This document shows, piece after piece, positions 32,242 to 45,940 of a stretch of DNA of 64,000 bases. Below the pieces are notes generated by a model. It had not been told where the DNA came from, did no database searches, and was given only the letters and a program-made list of their open reading frames with translations. The position numbers were made by a program, and so were the translations under genes. Position 1 is the stretch's first letter; the number at the start of each line of letters is the position of its first letter. The DNA comes from Escherichia coli (lineage in GTDB: Bacteria; Pseudomonadota; Gammaproteobacteria; Enterobacterales; Enterobacteriaceae), in the NCBI RefSeq assembly GCF_048403405.1, contig NZ_CP183129.1; one strand, given 5' to 3'.

Positions 32242-33396
32242 TCATGCCTCTTTGACCCACAGCTGCGGAAAACGTGCTGGTGCAAAACGCAGGGTTATGA
32301 TCATCAGCCCAACGACGCACAGCGCATGAAACGCCCAGTCCATCAAGTAATTGCCACTGATACTACGCAGCACACCAGAAAACCACGGGGCAAGCCCGGC
32401 GATGATAAAACCGATCCCCTGCATAAACGCCACCAGTTTGCCAGCAATAGCGGGTTGCGCAGAGTGATCGAGCGCCAGCAGCAAACAGAGCGGAAATGCG
32501 CCGCCCAGACCTAACCCACACACCATTGCCCACAATACCGGCAATTGCAGCGGCAGCCAGATAAAGCCGCAGAACCCCACCAGTTGTAACGCCAGCGCCA
32601 GCATCAAAAGTTTGCGCCGATCCTGATGGCGAGCCATAGCAGGCATCAGCAATGCCCCTGCTGCTTGCCCAAGCGTCATCAATGCCAGCAAGGAACCGCT
32701 GTACTGCGCGCTGGCACCAATCTCAATATAGAAAGCGGGTAACCAGGCAATCAGGCTGGCGTAACCGCCGTTAATCAGACCGAAGTAAACACCCAGCGTC
32801 CAGGCGCGGGGAGTAAATACCACGCGAACCGGAGTGGTTGTTGTCTTGTGAGAAGAGGCGACCTCGCGGGCGCTTTGCCACCACCAGGCAAAGAGCGCAA
32901 CAACGGCAGGCAGCGCCCACCAGGCGAGTGTTTGATACCAGGTTTCGCTATGTTGAACTAACCATGGCGTCATGGCGGCACCAAGTCCACCGCCGCCCAT
33001 CAGAGCCGCGGACCACAGCCCCATCACCAGTGGCGAGCGCTGCTGAAACCGCCGTTTAATCACCGAAGGCATCACTGCCTGAATGATGCCGATCCCCACT
33101 CCACCAAGCAGTGCGCTGCTAAGCAGCAGCGCACTTTGGGGGTAAAGCTCACGCATCAATGCTCCGACGGCAATCAGTAACAAACTGATGGCGACGCTGC
33201 GACGTTCGCTGACATGCTGATGAAGCCAGCTTCCGGCCAGCGCCAGCCCGCCCATGGTAACCACCGGCAGAGCGGTCAACAGGGCTGCCACGCTAAAGCT
33301 CATTCCACTCGCCTGACGCAATTGCGGTAGCAGTGGTCCGACGGAGGTGAGCAGTGGTCGCATATTAAGACCAATCAGCACCAGAACCAGCAGCAT
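32242..33396 (-). CDS. cynX: cyanate MFS transporter
   Basis: 384 aa from ATG 33396 (MLLVLVLIGLNMRPLL...); 12-TM profile. Confidence 0.9.
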   Translation of the reverse strand: MLLVLVLIGLNMRPLLTSVGPLLPQLRQASGMSFSVAALLTALPVVTMGGLALAGSWLHQHVSERRSVAISLLLIAVGALMRELYPQSALLLSSALLGGVGIGIIQAVMPSVIKRRFQQRSPLVMGLWSAALMGGGGLGAAMTPWLVQHSETWYQTLAWWALPAVVALFAWWWQSAREVASSHKTTTTPVRVVFTPRAWTLGVYFGLINGGYASLIAWLPAFYIEIGASAQYSGSLLALMTLGQAAGALLMPAMARHQDRRKLLMLALALQLVGFCGFIWLPLQLPVLWAMVCGLGLGGAFPLCLLLALDHSAQPAIAGKLVAFMQGIGFIIAGLAPWFSGVLRSISGNYLMDWAFHALCVVGLMIITLRFAPARFPQLWVKEA

Positions 33397-33428
33397 CGTG
33401 AACGTCTTTTGATGGTTGCGCATGGCTG

Positions 33429-33917
<489 letters not shown>

Positions 33918-33929
33918 TTAAAAATAAGG

Positions 33930-34589
33930 TTACGCTGCGGTCGGTTGGCGTAGCGGTATGGCACAAACGCGAGGATTAGCGGCCAGTGGCACAAACTGGC
34001 GGGTTGCGCCGTCAAAAGCTGCGATGCTGCCGCTTTCAATGTCGTAGACCCAGCCGTGCAGGGCGATCCGCCCCTCTTCGAGCGCCAGGCGCACCGATGG
34101 ATGCGTTTGCAGATTAGCCAACTGAGCAATGACGTTTTCACGTACCATCGCCGCAGCTTTTGACGGTAAATCGGAATGCGGGCGCGCCTCATTAACGACG
34201 CGGGCTGAATCGGCATAACGCAGCCAGTGGGAGACGGCAGGCATATGGTCCATGCACTGACAGCTGGCAATGGCGGTCATCGCGCCACAGTTGGAATGAC
34301 CACAAATCACAATGTCAGATACCCGAAGCGCAGCGACGGCATACTCCACCGAAGCAGAAACGCCACCGGGTTCCGGCCCGTAGGAAGGGACGATATTGCC
34401 CGCGTTGCGAATAACGAACAGATCGCCAGGCTCACGTTGCGTCACCAGCTCAGGGACCAGACGGCTGTCGGAGCAGGAGATAAAAAGTGTGCGCGGGCTT
34501 TGCTGTGTCGCCAGCTGTTTAAACAAGGCTTCCCGCTTCGGAAATGCCTCGCGCTGGAATTTAAGGAATCCATCAATAATCTCTTTCAC
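33930..34589 (-). CDS. cynT: beta-class carbonic anhydrase
   Basis: 219-aa ORF with beta-CA zinc-ligand motifs (CSDSR ... HSNCG). Confidence 0.95.
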
Positions 34590-34698
34590 CGTTAACCTCT
34601 GTCTGTCTCTGGAATGAGAGGCAGACTACTCGCCGATTGTCATAAGGTAAAAGTCTCATTTATGATGAGTTCTATTGGATTTATTTATAGGTTGGCGA

Positions 34699-35598
34699 AT
34701 GCTCTCTCGACATATCAATTATTTTCTTGCCGTGGCTGAACATGGCAGCTTTACCCGTGCCGCCAGTGCGTTGCACGTCTCCCAGCCTGCGCTTTCCCAG
34801 CAGATTCGCCAGTTAGAGGAAAGTTTGGGCGTGCCGCTGTTTGACCGTAGCGGGCGAACGATTCGTCTCACTGATGCGGGAGAAGTCTGGCGACAGTACG
34901 CCAGCCGGGCGTTACAGGAACTGGGGGCGGGTAAACGGGCGATTCATGATGTTGCCGATCTGACGCGAGGATCGCTGCGTATCGCCGTCACTCCCACCTT
35001 TACAAGCTACTTTATCGGCCCTTTAATGGCGGATTTCTATGCGCGCTACCCCGGCATCACGCTCCAGCTACAGGAAATGTCGCAGGAGAAAATCGAAGAT
35101 CTGCTTTGTCGCGACGAGCTGGACGTTGGGATTGCCTTCGCACCTGTGCATTCGCCGGAGCTGGAGGCAATTCCTTTACTGACAGAAAGTTTAGCGTTAG
35201 TCGTGGCGCAACATCATCCGCTGGCTGCCTGTGAACAGGTGGCGTTGAGTCGCTTGCATGATGAAAAACTGGTCCTGCTCAGCGCGGAATTTGCCACCAG
35301 AGAGCAAATTGACCACTACTGCGAGAAAGCGGGGCTACATCCACAGGTGGTCATTGAGGCGAACTCAATTAGCGCGGTTCTGGAGCTGATTCGCCGCACT
35401 TCCCTTTCCACATTGTTACCAGCAGCGATTGCCACACAACATGACGGGCTTAAAGCGATTTCTCTTGCCCCGCCACTACTGGAGAGAACGGCGGTTTTGT
35501 TGCGGCGGAAAAATAGCTGGCAGACTGCCGCTGCGAAGGCATTTTTGCACATGGCGTTGGAGGAATGTGCGGATGTTGGCGGAAATGAATCGCGGTAA
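34699..35598 (+). CDS. cynR: LysR-family activator of the cyn operon
   Basis: 299 aa from ATG 34699 ([22 protein letters not shown]...); divergent from cynT. Confidence 0.9.
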   Translation: MLSRHINYFLAVAEHGSFTRAASALHVSQPALSQQIRQLEESLGVPLFDRSGRTIRLTDAGEVWRQYASRALQELGAGKRAIHDVADLTRGSLRIAVTPTFTSYFIGPLMADFYARYPGITLQLQEMSQEKIEDLLCRDELDVGIAFAPVHSPELEAIPLLTESLALVVAQHHPLAACEQVALSRLHDEKLVLLSAEFATREQIDHYCEKAGLHPQVVIEANSISAVLELIRRTSLSTLLPAAIATQHDGLKAISLAPPLLERTAVLLRRKNSWQTAAAKAFLHMALEECADVGGNESR

Positions 35599-35611
35599 CC
35601 ACTGACACAAT

Positions 35612-35695
35612 TGCCTGATGCGCTACGCTTATCAGGCCTACGAGTTCAGTGCTCTACGTAGGCCGGATAAGGCGTTCACGCCGCATCCGGCATAA
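35612..35695. repeat. REP/BIME elements
   Basis: two REP consensus copies between cynR and codA. Confidence 0.6.
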
Positions 35696-35730
35696 ACTAC
35701 GCTCGCTTTGTCAACACACAGCCCAGCCGA

Positions 35731-37014
35731 TCACCGTTTGTAATCGATGGCTTCTGGCTGCTCCAGATATACGGTGGTTTGTGCCGGTTGTGTGCTGGCA
35801 ATCACCTTGCCGCCACGTACCGAATAACGTACCGGAACCTGACGGCGCAGCGCATCAAACCCATTTTCAGCCGGCAGGATAATCAGGTTGGCGCTGTTTC
35901 CGGCGGCAATGCCATAATCCTGCAAATTCAACGTCCTTGCGCTGTGGTGGGTGATTAAATTCAGGCCATCGTTAATCTGCCCGTAGCCCATCAACTGGCA
36001 AACATGCAGCCCCATATGCAGCACTTGCAGCATATTCGCCGTTCCCAGCGGATACCACGGATCGAAGACATCATCGTGACCAAAGCAGACGTTAATGCCG
36101 GACTCCAGCATCTCTTTAACGCGCGTGATGCCGCGACGTTTTGGATACGTATCGAAACGTCCTTGCAGATGAATATTGACCAGCGGGTTGGCGACAAAGT
36201 TAATACCGGACATTTTCAGCAAGCGGAACAGGCGTGAGGTATACGCCCCGTTATAGGAGTGCATTGCCGTGGTGTGGCTGGCGGTGACTCGCGCGCCCAT
36301 GCCTTCACGGTGCGCCAGGGCTGCAACGGTTTCGACAAAGCGCGACTGTTCGTCATCAATCTCATCACAGTGAACGTCGATGAGACGGTCGTATTTTTGC
36401 GACAGGGCGAAGGTTTTATGCAGCGACTCCACGCCGTATTCACGGGTAAATTCAAAATGCGGAATCGCCCCCACTACGTCTGCCCCTAAGCGTAACGCCT
36501 CTTCCAGCAACGCTTCACCGTTGGGATACGACAAAATCCCTTCCTGCGGGAAGGCGACGATTTGCAGATCAATCCACGGCGCGACTTCCTGCTTCACTTC
36601 CAGCATTGCTTTCAGCGCAGTCAGCGTTGCATCCGAAACATCGACATGGGTACGCACATGCTGAATGCCGTTGGCAATCTGCCATTTCAGCGTTTGCCAG
36701 GCGCGTTGTTTCACATCGTCATGGGTTAATAACGCTTTGCGCTCGGCCCAGCGTTCAATGCCTTCAAACAGCGTGCCGGACTGATTCCAGTTCGGTTGTC
36801 CGGCGGTTTGCGTGGTGTCCAGGTGAATATGTGGCTCCACAAACGGCGGTATAACTAAACCTTGTTCGGCATCCAGGCTGTTTTCAGTTATGGGCATCAC
36901 CCCGGATTGCGCATCAATGGCGCTGATTTTTCCGTCCAGCAGATGAATCTGCCACAGCCCCTCTTTGCCGGGTAACCGGGCGTTAATAATTGTCTGTAAA
37001 GCGTTATTCGACAC
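35731..37014 (-). CDS. codA: cytosine deaminase
   Basis: 427 aa from GTG at 37014 ([16 protein letters not shown]...); amidohydrolase HxH motif; overlaps codB 3-prime end. Confidence 0.93.
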   Translation of the reverse strand: MSNNALQTIINARLPGKEGLWQIHLLDGKISAIDAQSGVMPITENSLDAEQGLVIPPFVEPHIHLDTTQTAGQPNWNQSGTLFEGIERWAERKALLTHDDVKQRAWQTLKWQIANGIQHVRTHVDVSDATLTALKAMLEVKQEVAPWIDLQIVAFPQEGILSYPNGEALLEEALRLGADVVGAIPHFEFTREYGVESLHKTFALSQKYDRLIDVHCDEIDDEQSRFVETVAALAHREGMGARVTASHTTAMHSYNGAYTSRLFRLLKMSGINFVANPLVNIHLQGRFDTYPKRRGITRVKEMLESGINVCFGHDDVFDPWYPLGTANMLQVLHMGLHVCQLMGYGQINDGLNLITHHSARTLNLQDYGIAAGNSANLIILPAENGFDALRRQVPVRYSVRGGKVIASTQPAQTTVYLEQPEAIDYKR

Positions 37015-38263
37015 TGTTAGCCTCCACATGCGTCATTGCAGCCGTCGTTTTGCGATTCAAAATCGGGTTAAGGATCAGATAGCTCAGCGCGCCACCTAAT
37101 ACCGCGTTGACCGGAACAATTCCCGGTAACCAGTGGCCTGCGGCAATCCCCAAGGCGACCGCCAGAATCGCCACCCAATTGACACTCATCATACGCGTGG
37201 TCGCAAAGTGCTCATAGCGGCGACGGTTCATCAGATAGTCAGCGATGATCACGCCCCCTACCGGAGGAATAGCTGCCGAAAGGAAGGTCAGCCAGCCGAC
37301 AAAATTGTTATACAACCATAATGCGCAGACCGTACCGATAATACCGTTGATTACCGAAAGGGTTTTGCTCGACATCCCGGTAATGTTGGCAAAACCTAAG
37401 CCCGACGCATAGAGCGCGTTATCGTTGGTGGTCCAGATATTCAGCCCCAGCACCACAATCGCAGGCAGCAGCAGACCCTGAGCAATCATCACATCAGAGA
37501 TATCCGCCATCCCCAGTGCCGCCGCGCCCGCTGCACCGAAAATAAACATCAACGAGTTGCCGAGGAAAAAGGCCACCATCGCCACCAGCACCGCCAGTTT
37601 GGCATTACGACCAAACCGGACAAAGTCAGCGGTGAGCGTGCCCGCACTGATAAATGACCCCACAACCAGCGCCAGCGCGACATTGAAATCTAACGGTTGT
37701 GCGGGAACGACCGCTTTTAAGGCGTCCAGGCCGCCCATGCCGTTAACGGCCAACCACACGGAATAACCGCCAAGACAGGCGATAGCCGGAACTGCAATCA
37801 CCGAAAGAACCGTCAGCGCCGAAATGCCAAAGAAGACGGTGACGGTCATCAGTAAACCGGAAACGGCAATCAGCAAATTAATATCCAGCCCAGTTGCCTT
37901 GCCCACCGGAATGGCAAACATCGCCACGCCAACGCCAAACCAGCCAACCTGGGTGCCGCCCAGCAGCAGTGAAGGCAGCCATGAGCCTTTAACACCAAAA
38001 GAGAAGCGAGCAAGAAGATGAGTGGTCAGGCCGGTTTTTGCGCCAATGTAACCAAGAAATGAAGTGTAAATACCGAGGAGAAGATTACCGATGAGGACTG
38101 CGAGGAAGAAATCATGATAGCTAAGACCGGTTCCGAGAGTGCCGCCGGTCCACATACTGGCGGAAAAGAAGGTTAATCCCAGCATGACGAACGTCAATGC
38201 CAATACCCCTTTCCGCGCCGACTGCGGGACTGGCCCCTGGCTAAAGTTGTTATCTTGCGACAC
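37004..38263 (-). CDS. codB: cytosine permease (NCS1 family)
   Basis: 419-aa polytopic membrane ORF. Confidence 0.95.
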   Translation of the reverse strand: MSQDNNFSQGPVPQSARKGVLALTFVMLGLTFFSASMWTGGTLGTGLSYHDFFLAVLIGNLLLGIYTSFLGYIGAKTGLTTHLLARFSFGVKGSWLPSLLLGGTQVGWFGVGVAMFAIPVGKATGLDINLLIAVSGLLMTVTVFFGISALTVLSVIAVPAIACLGGYSVWLAVNGMGGLDALKAVVPAQPLDFNVALALVVGSFISAGTLTADFVRFGRNAKLAVLVAMVAFFLGNSLMFIFGAAGAAALGMADISDVMIAQGLLLPAIVVLGLNIWTTNDNALYASGLGFANITGMSSKTLSVINGIIGTVCALWLYNNFVGWLTFLSAAIPPVGGVIIADYLMNRRRYEHFATTRMMSVNWVAILAVALGIAAGHWLPGIVPVNAVLGGALSYLILNPILNRKTTAAMTHVEANSVE

Positions 38264-38417
38264 GAAATTCCCCCTTTTTGCTGTTTGAAACCCAAAAAAT
38301 CCGCCGCATTCTATTCATCTGAAGATAAAAAGCAATCGTTTTCGTGGGGAAATATATTTTTTATATGAATGAGTGCAAAAAGGTGGGGGAAAAATTATCG
38401 GTGTAAAAACAGTGGGT

Positions 38418-38495
38418 AGGCATAATAAGACGCGGTAAGCGTCGCATCTGGCATCGGCGCATGGTGTCGGATGCGCCAGACGACGCATCCGACAA
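38418..38495. repeat. REP/BIME elements
   Basis: REP consensus copies between codB and prpE. Confidence 0.55.
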
Positions 38496-38499
38496 TAAC

Positions 38500-40386
38500 C
38501 TACTCTTCCATCGCCTGGCGGATCTGATCCAACGACGCAGGATCATCAATGGTCGTCAGATCCCCAGGATCGCGTCCTTCACAAATCGCCTGGATCGTGC
38601 GGCGCAGCATTTTTCCGGATCGCGTTTTCGGCAATTGCGAGACAAACCAGACGTGCGCCGGGCGACCAAAGTTGCCAATCTGGCTGTCCACCAGCGCCAT
38701 AATCGCCTTCTCTTGCGAGTGCGCCACCTCACGGTCTTCCAGACTGTCGCTCTCTTTCGGAATAACAAACGCCACCGCCACCTGCCCTTTCAGCGCATCT
38801 TTCACCCCAACCACCGCCACTTCGGCAACGCCCGGATGACTGGAGATACTCTCTTCAATCTCGCGCGTCCCCAGCCGATGCCCGGCAACGTTAATCACAT
38901 CGTCAGTGCGCCCGAGAATAAAGTGATAACCGTCAGCATCGCGGATACCCCAGTCAAAAGTGGCGTACACCGGACGGGAAAACAGCGACCAGTACGTCTT
39001 CACAAAGCGGTCGTCGTCGCCCCAGATGGTCTGAATACACCCCGGCGGCAGCGGCCCTTCCACCACCAGCATCCCTTTCTCGTTGACGCCACACGGTTCG
39101 CCGGTGACTTCATTAAGCAACTGCACGTTATAGCCATACATCGGCACGCCGGGGCTTCCCAGACGCGTCGGCCTGTCGTCCAGACCGCGAGCAATCGCCA
39201 TAATCGGCCAGCCGGATTCGGTCTGCCAGTAGTTGTCGATGACCGGCACATCCAGCGTATTGCTCACCCAACTGGCGGTCGGCTCGTCCAGCGGCTCCCC
39301 CGCCAGATAGAGCACTTCCAGCGACGAGAGATCGTGTTTGCGAATTTCAGCGGTAGGGAATTTTTTCAGCACGCGAATGGCGGTCGGCGCTGAGAACATC
39401 CGGCTAACCTGATATTTCTCGACGATTTTCCACCACACACCGCAGTCCGGCCAGGTCGGCAATCCTTCGTAAACGATAGTCGCCATCCCCGCCAGCAGCG
39501 GCGCGTAGACGATATACGAATGCCCCACCACCCAGCCAATATCCGAAGCACAAAAGAACACACCGCCCGCTTTGCCGCCAAAAATGGTGTCCATCGAGGT
39601 CGCCAGCGCCACCGCATATCCGCCAACGTCACGCTGCACGCCTTTAGGTTTGCCGGTCGTGCCGGAGGTGTAGAGAATGCAGGAGGTTTCGTTGGATTCC
39701 AGCCACGCCACCGGTACCCGCGCGCCGATGTGTTGATGGCGCAACGACGCGAAATCGACATCCCGCCCGCTGACGCGTGCTATTTTCGCCAGCCCGCGAT
39801 CCACCAGCAAAACATGGCGTGGCTGGTGCTGCGCCTGACTTATCGCATCGTCGAGCAATTTTTTATAGGGAATGATTTTGCCACCGCGCGCTCCGGCATC
39901 AGCCGAGACAATCAGCACCGGTTTAGCATCATCAATTCGCGCCGCCACGCTGTGCGAGGCAAATCCCCCAAACACCACCGAGTGAATAGTGCCAATGCGC
40001 GCGCAAGCCAGCAGAGTAATATGTGCTTCGGCAATCATCGGCATATACACCAGCACCCGATCGCCGCGCTGCACACCCAGCGAGCGCAACATTGAGGCCA
40101 CCGCGTTCACTTCGTCATGCAGCTGACGAAAGGTAAAGGTGCGCTCTTCTTCTGTTTCCGAAGAGACGGCAATCAGCGCCAGCGCCTCTGGCTGTTTCTC
40201 CAGCCAGCGGTCGATAGCGTTGTGACACAAGTTGGTTCGGCCTTCACAAAACCAACGGGCAAACGGCGGATTGCTGTGATCGAGCGTTTGCGTAAAGGGC
40301 GTCTGCCAGTCAATACGCCGGGCCTGCTCGGCCCAGAACTGCTCCGGTTCGTTAATCGAACGCTGATAAAATTCGCTAAAAGACAT
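38500..40386 (-). CDS. prpE: propionyl-CoA synthetase
   Basis: 628-aa acyl-CoA synthetase with AMP-binding motif (YTSGTTGKPKG). Confidence 0.95.
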   Translation of the reverse strand: MSFSEFYQRSINEPEQFWAEQARRIDWQTPFTQTLDHSNPPFARWFCEGRTNLCHNAIDRWLEKQPEALALIAVSSETEEERTFTFRQLHDEVNAVASMLRSLGVQRGDRVLVYMPMIAEAHITLLACARIGTIHSVVFGGFASHSVAARIDDAKPVLIVSADAGARGGKIIPYKKLLDDAISQAQHQPRHVLLVDRGLAKIARVSGRDVDFASLRHQHIGARVPVAWLESNETSCILYTSGTTGKPKGVQRDVGGYAVALATSMDTIFGGKAGGVFFCASDIGWVVGHSYIVYAPLLAGMATIVYEGLPTWPDCGVWWKIVEKYQVSRMFSAPTAIRVLKKFPTAEIRKHDLSSLEVLYLAGEPLDEPTASWVSNTLDVPVIDNYWQTESGWPIMAIARGLDDRPTRLGSPGVPMYGYNVQLLNEVTGEPCGVNEKGMLVVEGPLPPGCIQTIWGDDDRFVKTYWSLFSRPVYATFDWGIRDADGYHFILGRTDDVINVAGHRLGTREIEESISSHPGVAEVAVVGVKDALKGQVAVAFVIPKESDSLEDREVAHSQEKAIMALVDSQIGNFGRPAHVWFVSQLPKTRSGKMLRRTIQAICEGRDPGDLTTIDDPASLDQIRQAMEE

Positions 40387-40425
40387 AATGCTCTCCTGTT
40401 GAACTTACGCCTTACCGCTGTTTGC

Positions 40426-41877
40426 TTAAATGACGTACAGGTCGAGATACTCATTGACCGGCATCTGTTCCAGGCGAGCTCTGTCGAGAGAAACGTCCAG
40501 AATGCGCTGCTGTTGGCGAGTCGGGAACTGGCGCGCGAGATTGATTTTGAATTTATCGACCAGCTTCGGAATACCATCCTGACGGCGGCGAGCATGACCA
40601 ATTGGGTACTCCACCACCACTTCTTCAAATCGCGTGCCGTCGGTGAACTCAAGGGTTATGGCATTGGCGATGGCACGTTTTTCCGGGTCGTGGTAGTCAG
40701 CGGTAAATGCCGGATCTTCAAAGCAATTGATCTTCTCGCGCAGGGCGTCGATGCGTTTATCTTGCGCCACGTTGTCCTCGTAATCTGCCGCCGTTAAGCG
40801 CCCGAACAGCAGCGGGATCGCCACCATGTACTGAATGCAGTGGTCGCGGTCAGCCGGGTTATTGAGCGGCCCTTTTTTGTCGATGATGCGAATACAGGCT
40901 TCGTGGGTGCGAATGGTCACTTTTTCGATATCCGCCGCCGTTTTGCCTGCGGCCTGCATCTGTTCATAGAGCGTCATCGCCGCTTCAACTGCCGTCTGGG
41001 AGTGGAACTCCGCCGGGAAGGAGATTTTGAACAGCACATTTTCCATCACGTAAGAACCGTACGGACGCTGGAAGCGGAACGACTCACCTTTAAAGGAGAC
41101 GTCGTAGAAGCCCCATACTGGCGCGGTCAGGGCTGACGGATAACCCATTTCGCCCGTTTTCGCCATCAGTGCCAGACGTACCGCGCGGGAAGTGGCATCG
41201 CCCGCCGCCCAGGATTTACGCGTGCCGGTGTTCGGCGCATGGCGATAGGTGCGCAGCGACTGACCGTCCACCCACGCCAGCGAAACAGCGTTGAGGATTT
41301 CCTCGCGGGTCAGGCCGAGCATTTCGGCGACCACGGCGGTGGAAGCCACTTTCACTAACAGAACGTGGTCGAGGCCGACGCGGTTAAAGGAGTTTTCCAG
41401 CGCGATGCAGCCCTGAATTTCATGGGCTTTGATCATTCCGGTCAGCACCTGCTTCATGGTCAACGGCGCTTTGCCGCTAGCGACCGCGTTGCGCGAAAGC
41501 CAGTCCGCCGTTGCCAGAATGCCGCCGAGGTTGTCGGAAGGATGCCCCCACTCCGCCGCCAGCCAGGTATCGTTGAAATCGAGCCAACGGATCATCGCGC
41601 CGATGTTAAATGCCGCCTGGACGGGGTCGAGCTGGAACTGAGTTCCGGGGACGCGCACGCCGTTGGGTACGACGGTGCCAGGGACAATTGGCCCCAGCAG
41701 TTTTTTACAGGCCGGGTATTCGAGAGCTTCAAGACCGCAGCCGAGCGTGTCGAGTAGGCAGTAATGTGCGGTGTCGTAGGCCACTTTAGAGCTGATTTCG
41801 TAGTTCATCACGTAATCGACGATATCAACGATTTCACGATCAAATTCCGGGCGGATGTTGTTGATTTGAGCTGACAT
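40426..41877 (-). CDS. prpD: 2-methylcitrate dehydratase
   Basis: 483-aa MmgE/PrpD family ORF. Confidence 0.95.
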   Translation of the reverse strand: MSAQINNIRPEFDREIVDIVDYVMNYEISSKVAYDTAHYCLLDTLGCGLEALEYPACKKLLGPIVPGTVVPNGVRVPGTQFQLDPVQAAFNIGAMIRWLDFNDTWLAAEWGHPSDNLGGILATADWLSRNAVASGKAPLTMKQVLTGMIKAHEIQGCIALENSFNRVGLDHVLLVKVASTAVVAEMLGLTREEILNAVSLAWVDGQSLRTYRHAPNTGTRKSWAAGDATSRAVRLALMAKTGEMGYPSALTAPVWGFYDVSFKGESFRFQRPYGSYVMENVLFKISFPAEFHSQTAVEAAMTLYEQMQAAGKTAADIEKVTIRTHEACIRIIDKKGPLNNPADRDHCIQYMVAIPLLFGRLTAADYEDNVAQDKRIDALREKINCFEDPAFTADYHDPEKRAIANAITLEFTDGTRFEEVVVEYPIGHARRRQDGIPKLVDKFKINLARQFPTRQQQRILDVSLDRARLEQMPVNEYLDLYVI

Positions 41878-41910
41878 TGGGTACGTTTCCTTATTGTTAT
41901 TCGTAGAGGT

Positions 41911-43080
41911 TTACTGGCGCTTATCCAGCGCGACAAACTGGCGGTCTTCCGGTCCAACATAATTGGCGGAAGGACGGATAATTTTGTTGTCCTGACGTTG
42001 TTCAATGATGTGCGCCGCCCAGCCGGTGACACGGGCGATGACAAACAGTGGTGTGAACATCTCGGTGGGAACGCCCATCATGTTGTAGGAAACAGCAGAG
42101 AACCAGTCGAGATTGGGGAACATCTTTTTGCTCTCCCACATCACCGTTTCCAGGCGATCGGCGATGTTGTACATCTTCAACGAGCCGCCTTCCTGCGAGA
42201 GCTGCTTCGCCACACGTTTGATCACCTGGTGGCGCGGGTCGGCGATGGTATAAACCGGATGCCCAAAACCAATGACCACTTCTTTGTTTTCCACCCGCTT
42301 ACGGATATCAGCTTCGGCTTCGTCCGGCGTTTCGTAGCGTTGCTGGATCTCCAGCGACACTTCATTCGCCCCGCCGTGTTTCGGCCCGCGCAGTGCGCCA
42401 ATCGCGCCAATAATCGCGGAATACATATCAGAGCCGGTGCCCGCAATCACCCGGCTGGTAAAGGTGGAGGCGTTAAACTCGTGTTCGGCGTACAGCACCA
42501 GCGAAATATGCATCGCCTTTTCCCAGCTTTGCGACGGCTTTTCGCCATGCAGCAGATGCAGGAAGTGACCGCCGATGGAGTCGTCATCGGTTTCCGGCTG
42601 GATGCGTTCGCCGTTGTGGCTGTAGTGATACCAGTAGAGAAGAATCGAGCTAAGTGACGCCAGCAGTTTGTCGGCAATATCCCGCGCACCAGAGACGGTA
42701 TGACCCTCTTTTTCTGGCAGCGTGCAGCCGAGCGCGGAAACGCCGGTGCGCATAACATCCATCGGGTGTGACGCCGCCGGTAAGGCTTCCAGCACGGTAC
42801 GCACGTTAGCCGGTAAACCGCGCAGGGCTTTCAGTTTCGTTTTGTAAGCGGCGAGTTCGTCACGGGTCGGCAGTTTGCCGTGGATCAGCAGATGCGCCAC
42901 TTCTTCAAATTCGCAATGTTCCGCCAGATCAAGAATATCGTAGCCACGGTAATGCAAGTCATTGCCACTTTTACCCACGGTGCAGAGCGCCGTATTGCCC
43001 GCCGGAACGCCAGAAAGCGCCACAGATTTTTTCGGTTTAATGACATGGGTACTGTTTTGCAGGATCGTTGTGTCGCTCAT
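41911..43080 (-). CDS. prpC: 2-methylcitrate synthase
   Basis: 389-aa citrate-synthase family ORF. Confidence 0.95.
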   Translation of the reverse strand: MSDTTILQNSTHVIKPKKSVALSGVPAGNTALCTVGKSGNDLHYRGYDILDLAEHCEFEEVAHLLIHGKLPTRDELAAYKTKLKALRGLPANVRTVLEALPAASHPMDVMRTGVSALGCTLPEKEGHTVSGARDIADKLLASLSSILLYWYHYSHNGERIQPETDDDSIGGHFLHLLHGEKPSQSWEKAMHISLVLYAEHEFNASTFTSRVIAGTGSDMYSAIIGAIGALRGPKHGGANEVSLEIQQRYETPDEAEADIRKRVENKEVVIGFGHPVYTIADPRHQVIKRVAKQLSQEGGSLKMYNIADRLETVMWESKKMFPNLDWFSAVSYNMMGVPTEMFTPLFVIARVTGWAAHIIEQRQDNKIIRPSANYVGPEDRQFVALDKRQ

Positions 43081-43124
43081 ATTGTCCTCGTCATTTGTAG
43101 GGTCGAGATATTTTTCGTTGTGTT

Positions 43125-44015
43125 TTATTTCGCCTGGCTACGGGCAAACAGGTCGTCGAGCTTCTCTTCGTACTGGTAGTAGTTGATGCTTTCGTACAGC
43201 TCGTTGCGGGTCTGCATGGTGTCGATGACGCTTTTCTGCGTCCCTTCCTGACGCAGGACGTTGTAGACATGCTCAGCGGCGCGGTTCATGGCGCGGAACG
43301 CTGAAAGTGGGTACAGCGCCATTGCGACATGGGCGCTGCGTAATTCGTCGGTGGTAAACAGCGGTGTTGCGCCAAATTCGGTGATGTTGGCGAGGATCGG
43401 CACCTGCACCGCATCGGCAAACTGGCGGTACATGGCGAGTTCGGTAATCGCCTCCGGGAACAACATCTCGGCACCCGCTTCAACATAGGCCTGCGCACGC
43501 TCAATCGCCGCATCCAGCCCCTCTACCGCCAGCGCATCGGTGCGCGCCATGATCACAAAATCAGGATCGGTTTTCGCATCCACCGCCGCGCGGATCCGAT
43601 CCACCATCTCCTCTTTCGAGACGATCGCCTTATTTGGGCGATGACCGCAGCGTTTCGCACCAACCTGATCTTCAATATGCAAACCCGCCGCACCGGCTTT
43701 AATCATCGATTTCACGGTGCGGGCAACGTTAAAAGCCGAAGAACCAAAACCGATATCCGCATCCACCAGCAGCGGCAGCGAACAGACGTCAGTGATACGG
43801 CGAATATCTGTCAGCACATCATCAAGGGTAGAAATACCGAGATCCGGCAGCCCCAGCGAACCTGCCGCCACGCCACCACCGGAGAGATAAATTGCCTGAT
43901 ATCCGGCACGCTGCGCCAGCAGCGCATGGTTAGCGTTGATGGTGCCGACAATCTGCAATGGATTTTCTTTAGTCAGTGCAGCGCGAAACGCTTTACCTGG
44001 AGAGTGTAGAGACAT
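43125..44015 (-). CDS. prpB: 2-methylisocitrate lyase
   Basis: 296-aa isocitrate-lyase/PEP-mutase family ORF. Confidence 0.95.
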   Translation of the reverse strand: MSLHSPGKAFRAALTKENPLQIVGTINANHALLAQRAGYQAIYLSGGGVAAGSLGLPDLGISTLDDVLTDIRRITDVCSLPLLVDADIGFGSSAFNVARTVKSMIKAGAAGLHIEDQVGAKRCGHRPNKAIVSKEEMVDRIRAAVDAKTDPDFVIMARTDALAVEGLDAAIERAQAYVEAGAEMLFPEAITELAMYRQFADAVQVPILANITEFGATPLFTTDELRSAHVAMALYPLSAFRAMNRAAEHVYNVLRQEGTQKSVIDTMQTRNELYESINYYQYEEKLDDLFARSQAK

Positions 44016-44062
44016 AGCCCATCCTTTGTTATCAACTTGTTATTTGCGTTGATAAACACAAA

Positions 44063-44077
44063 GCAAGGGGTGTGCCA
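44063..44077 (-). promoter_or_regulatory. sigma-54 (-24/-12) promoter of prpBCDE
   Basis: minus strand reads TGGCAC-accccTTGCt, a perfect GG-N10-GC match about 50 nt upstream of prpB; divergent PrpR is a sigma-54 activator. Confidence 0.75.
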
Positions 44078-44253
44078 CAATTGCCTTAATAAAATTAAAT
44101 GTTTAATTTCAATTTGTTAGCAATATAGTCATGAAGTAATCCACAAATATGCGTTTCAGTTAACGTTTCAGGCAATGTTTCACCGCGTTTCATTGCAACA
44201 ATTATGAAACAAGACTAAACCCAATATTCGGTTTCTTAACTTTGCAGTGCGCT

Positions 44254-45840
44254 ATGGCACATCCACCACGGCTGAATGACGACAAACCGGTTATCTGGAC
44301 GGTATCTGTAACGCGCCTGTTCGAGCTGTTTCGCGATATCAGCCTCGAGTTTGATCATCTGGCGAACATTACCCCTATCCAGCTTGGCTTTGAAAAAGCG
44401 GTGACCTACATCCGCAAAAAACTGGCAAACGAACGCTGTGACGCCATCATCGCTGCTGGCTCTAACGGCGCGTACCTGAAAAGCCGCCTGTCAGTGCCAG
44501 TTATTTTGATTAAACCGAGCGGCTACGATGTGTTACAGGCACTGGCAAAAGCCGGAAAACTCACCTCTTCTATCGGCGTTGTGACTTATCAGGAAACTAT
44601 TCCGGCGCTAGTGGCGTTTCAAAAAACCTTTAATTTGCGCCTCGACCAACGTAGCTACATTACCGAAGAAGACGCGCGCGGGCAGATTAACGAGCTGAAA
44701 GCTAACGGCACCGAAGCGGTGGTCGGCGCGGGGCTGATTACCGATTTGGCAGAAGAAGCCGGAATGACCGGAATTTTTATCTATTCCGCCGCCACCGTGC
44801 GCCAGGCATTCAGCGATGCGCTGGATATGACGCGCATGTCGTTACGCCATAACACTCACGATGCCACCCGCAACGCCCTGCGTACTCGTTACGTGCTGGG
44901 CGATATGCTCGGTCAATCACCACAGATGGAACAGGTACGGCAGACTATTTTGCTGTATGCCCGCTCCAGTGCGGCGGTGTTGATTGAGGGGGAAACGGGG
45001 ACGGGCAAAGAGCTGGCGGCCCAGGCGATTCATCGGGAATATTTTGCCCGCCACGATGCGCGACAGGGCAAAAAGTCGCATCCGTTTGTTGCCGTCAACT
45101 GCGGGGCGATTGCCGAATCGCTGCTGGAAGCAGAGCTGTTTGGCTATGAGGAAGGGGCGTTCACCGGCTCGCGACGTGGAGGTCGCGCCGGGCTGTTCGA
45201 AATTGCCCACGGCGGTACGCTGTTTCTGGATGAGATTGGCGAAATGCCGCTACCTTTGCAGACTCGCCTGTTACGGGTGCTGGAAGAAAAAGAGGTCACC
45301 CGCGTCGGCGGGCATCAGCCTGTTCCGGTAGATGTGCGGGTCATTAGCGCCACTCACTGCAATCTGGAAGAAGATATGCGGCAAGGGCAGTTTCGCCGTG
45401 ATCTGTTTTATCGGCTGAGTATTTTGCGTCTGCAATTGCCACCACTGCGCGAGCGGGTGACGGATATTCTGCCGCTGGCGGAAAGCTTTTTGAAAGTGTC
45501 TCTGGCGGCGCTCTCCGCCCCGTTTTCTGCCGCATTACGCCAGGGATTACAGGCAAGCGAAACCGTGCTGGTGCACTACGACTGGCCGGGCAATATTCGT
45601 GAACTGCGCAATATGATGGAGCGACTGGCGCTGTTTTTAAGTGTGGAACCGACGCCGGATTTAACGCCGCAGTTTTTGCAGCTGCTACTGCCGGAGCTGG
45701 CGCGCGAGTCAGCGAAAATTCCCTCCCCATCCTTGCTGACACCACAACAGGCACTGGAGAAATTTAATGGCGATAAAACAGCAGCGGCGAATTATTTAGG
45801 TATCAGCCGGACGACGTTCTGGCGGCGGCTGAAAAGCTGA
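44254..45840 (+). CDS. prpR: sigma-54-dependent activator of the propionate operon
   Basis: 528 aa from ATG 44254; AAA+ sigma-54 interaction domain ([14 protein letters not shown]) and C-terminal HTH. Confidence 0.93.
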   Translation: MAHPPRLNDDKPVIWTVSVTRLFELFRDISLEFDHLANITPIQLGFEKAVTYIRKKLANERCDAIIAAGSNGAYLKSRLSVPVILIKPSGYDVLQALAKAGKLTSSIGVVTYQETIPALVAFQKTFNLRLDQRSYITEEDARGQINELKANGTEAVVGAGLITDLAEEAGMTGIFIYSAATVRQAFSDALDMTRMSLRHNTHDATRNALRTRYVLGDMLGQSPQMEQVRQTILLYARSSAAVLIEGETGTGKELAAQAIHREYFARHDARQGKKSHPFVAVNCGAIAESLLEAELFGYEEGAFTGSRRGGRAGLFEIAHGGTLFLDEIGEMPLPLQTRLLRVLEEKEVTRVGGHQPVPVDVRVISATHCNLEEDMRQGQFRRDLFYRLSILRLQLPPLRERVTDILPLAESFLKVSLAALSAPFSAALRQGLQASETVLVHYDWPGNIRELRNMMERLALFLSVEPTPDLTPQFLQLLLPELARESAKIPSPSLLTPQQALEKFNGDKTAAANYLGISRTTFWRRLKS

Positions 45841-45842
45841 AC

Positions 45843-45875
45843 TGCCGAATGCAGCGCGAACGCTTTATCCGGCAT
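45843..45875. repeat. REP element
   Basis: gccgaatgcagcgcgaacgctttatccggca downstream of prpR. Confidence 0.5.
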
Positions 45876-45940
45876 AAATTTCAATAGATGATGATCACCG
45901 ATAAACTTACGCATCGGGGATGTTTACATAGGATTCAGAA

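Noticed and set aside
38461..39393. 310-aa plus-strand ORF antisense to prpE (also 39520-40095)
   Set aside because: Antisense to a well-supported acyl-CoA synthetase gene; Arg/His-rich translation with no recognisable domain.
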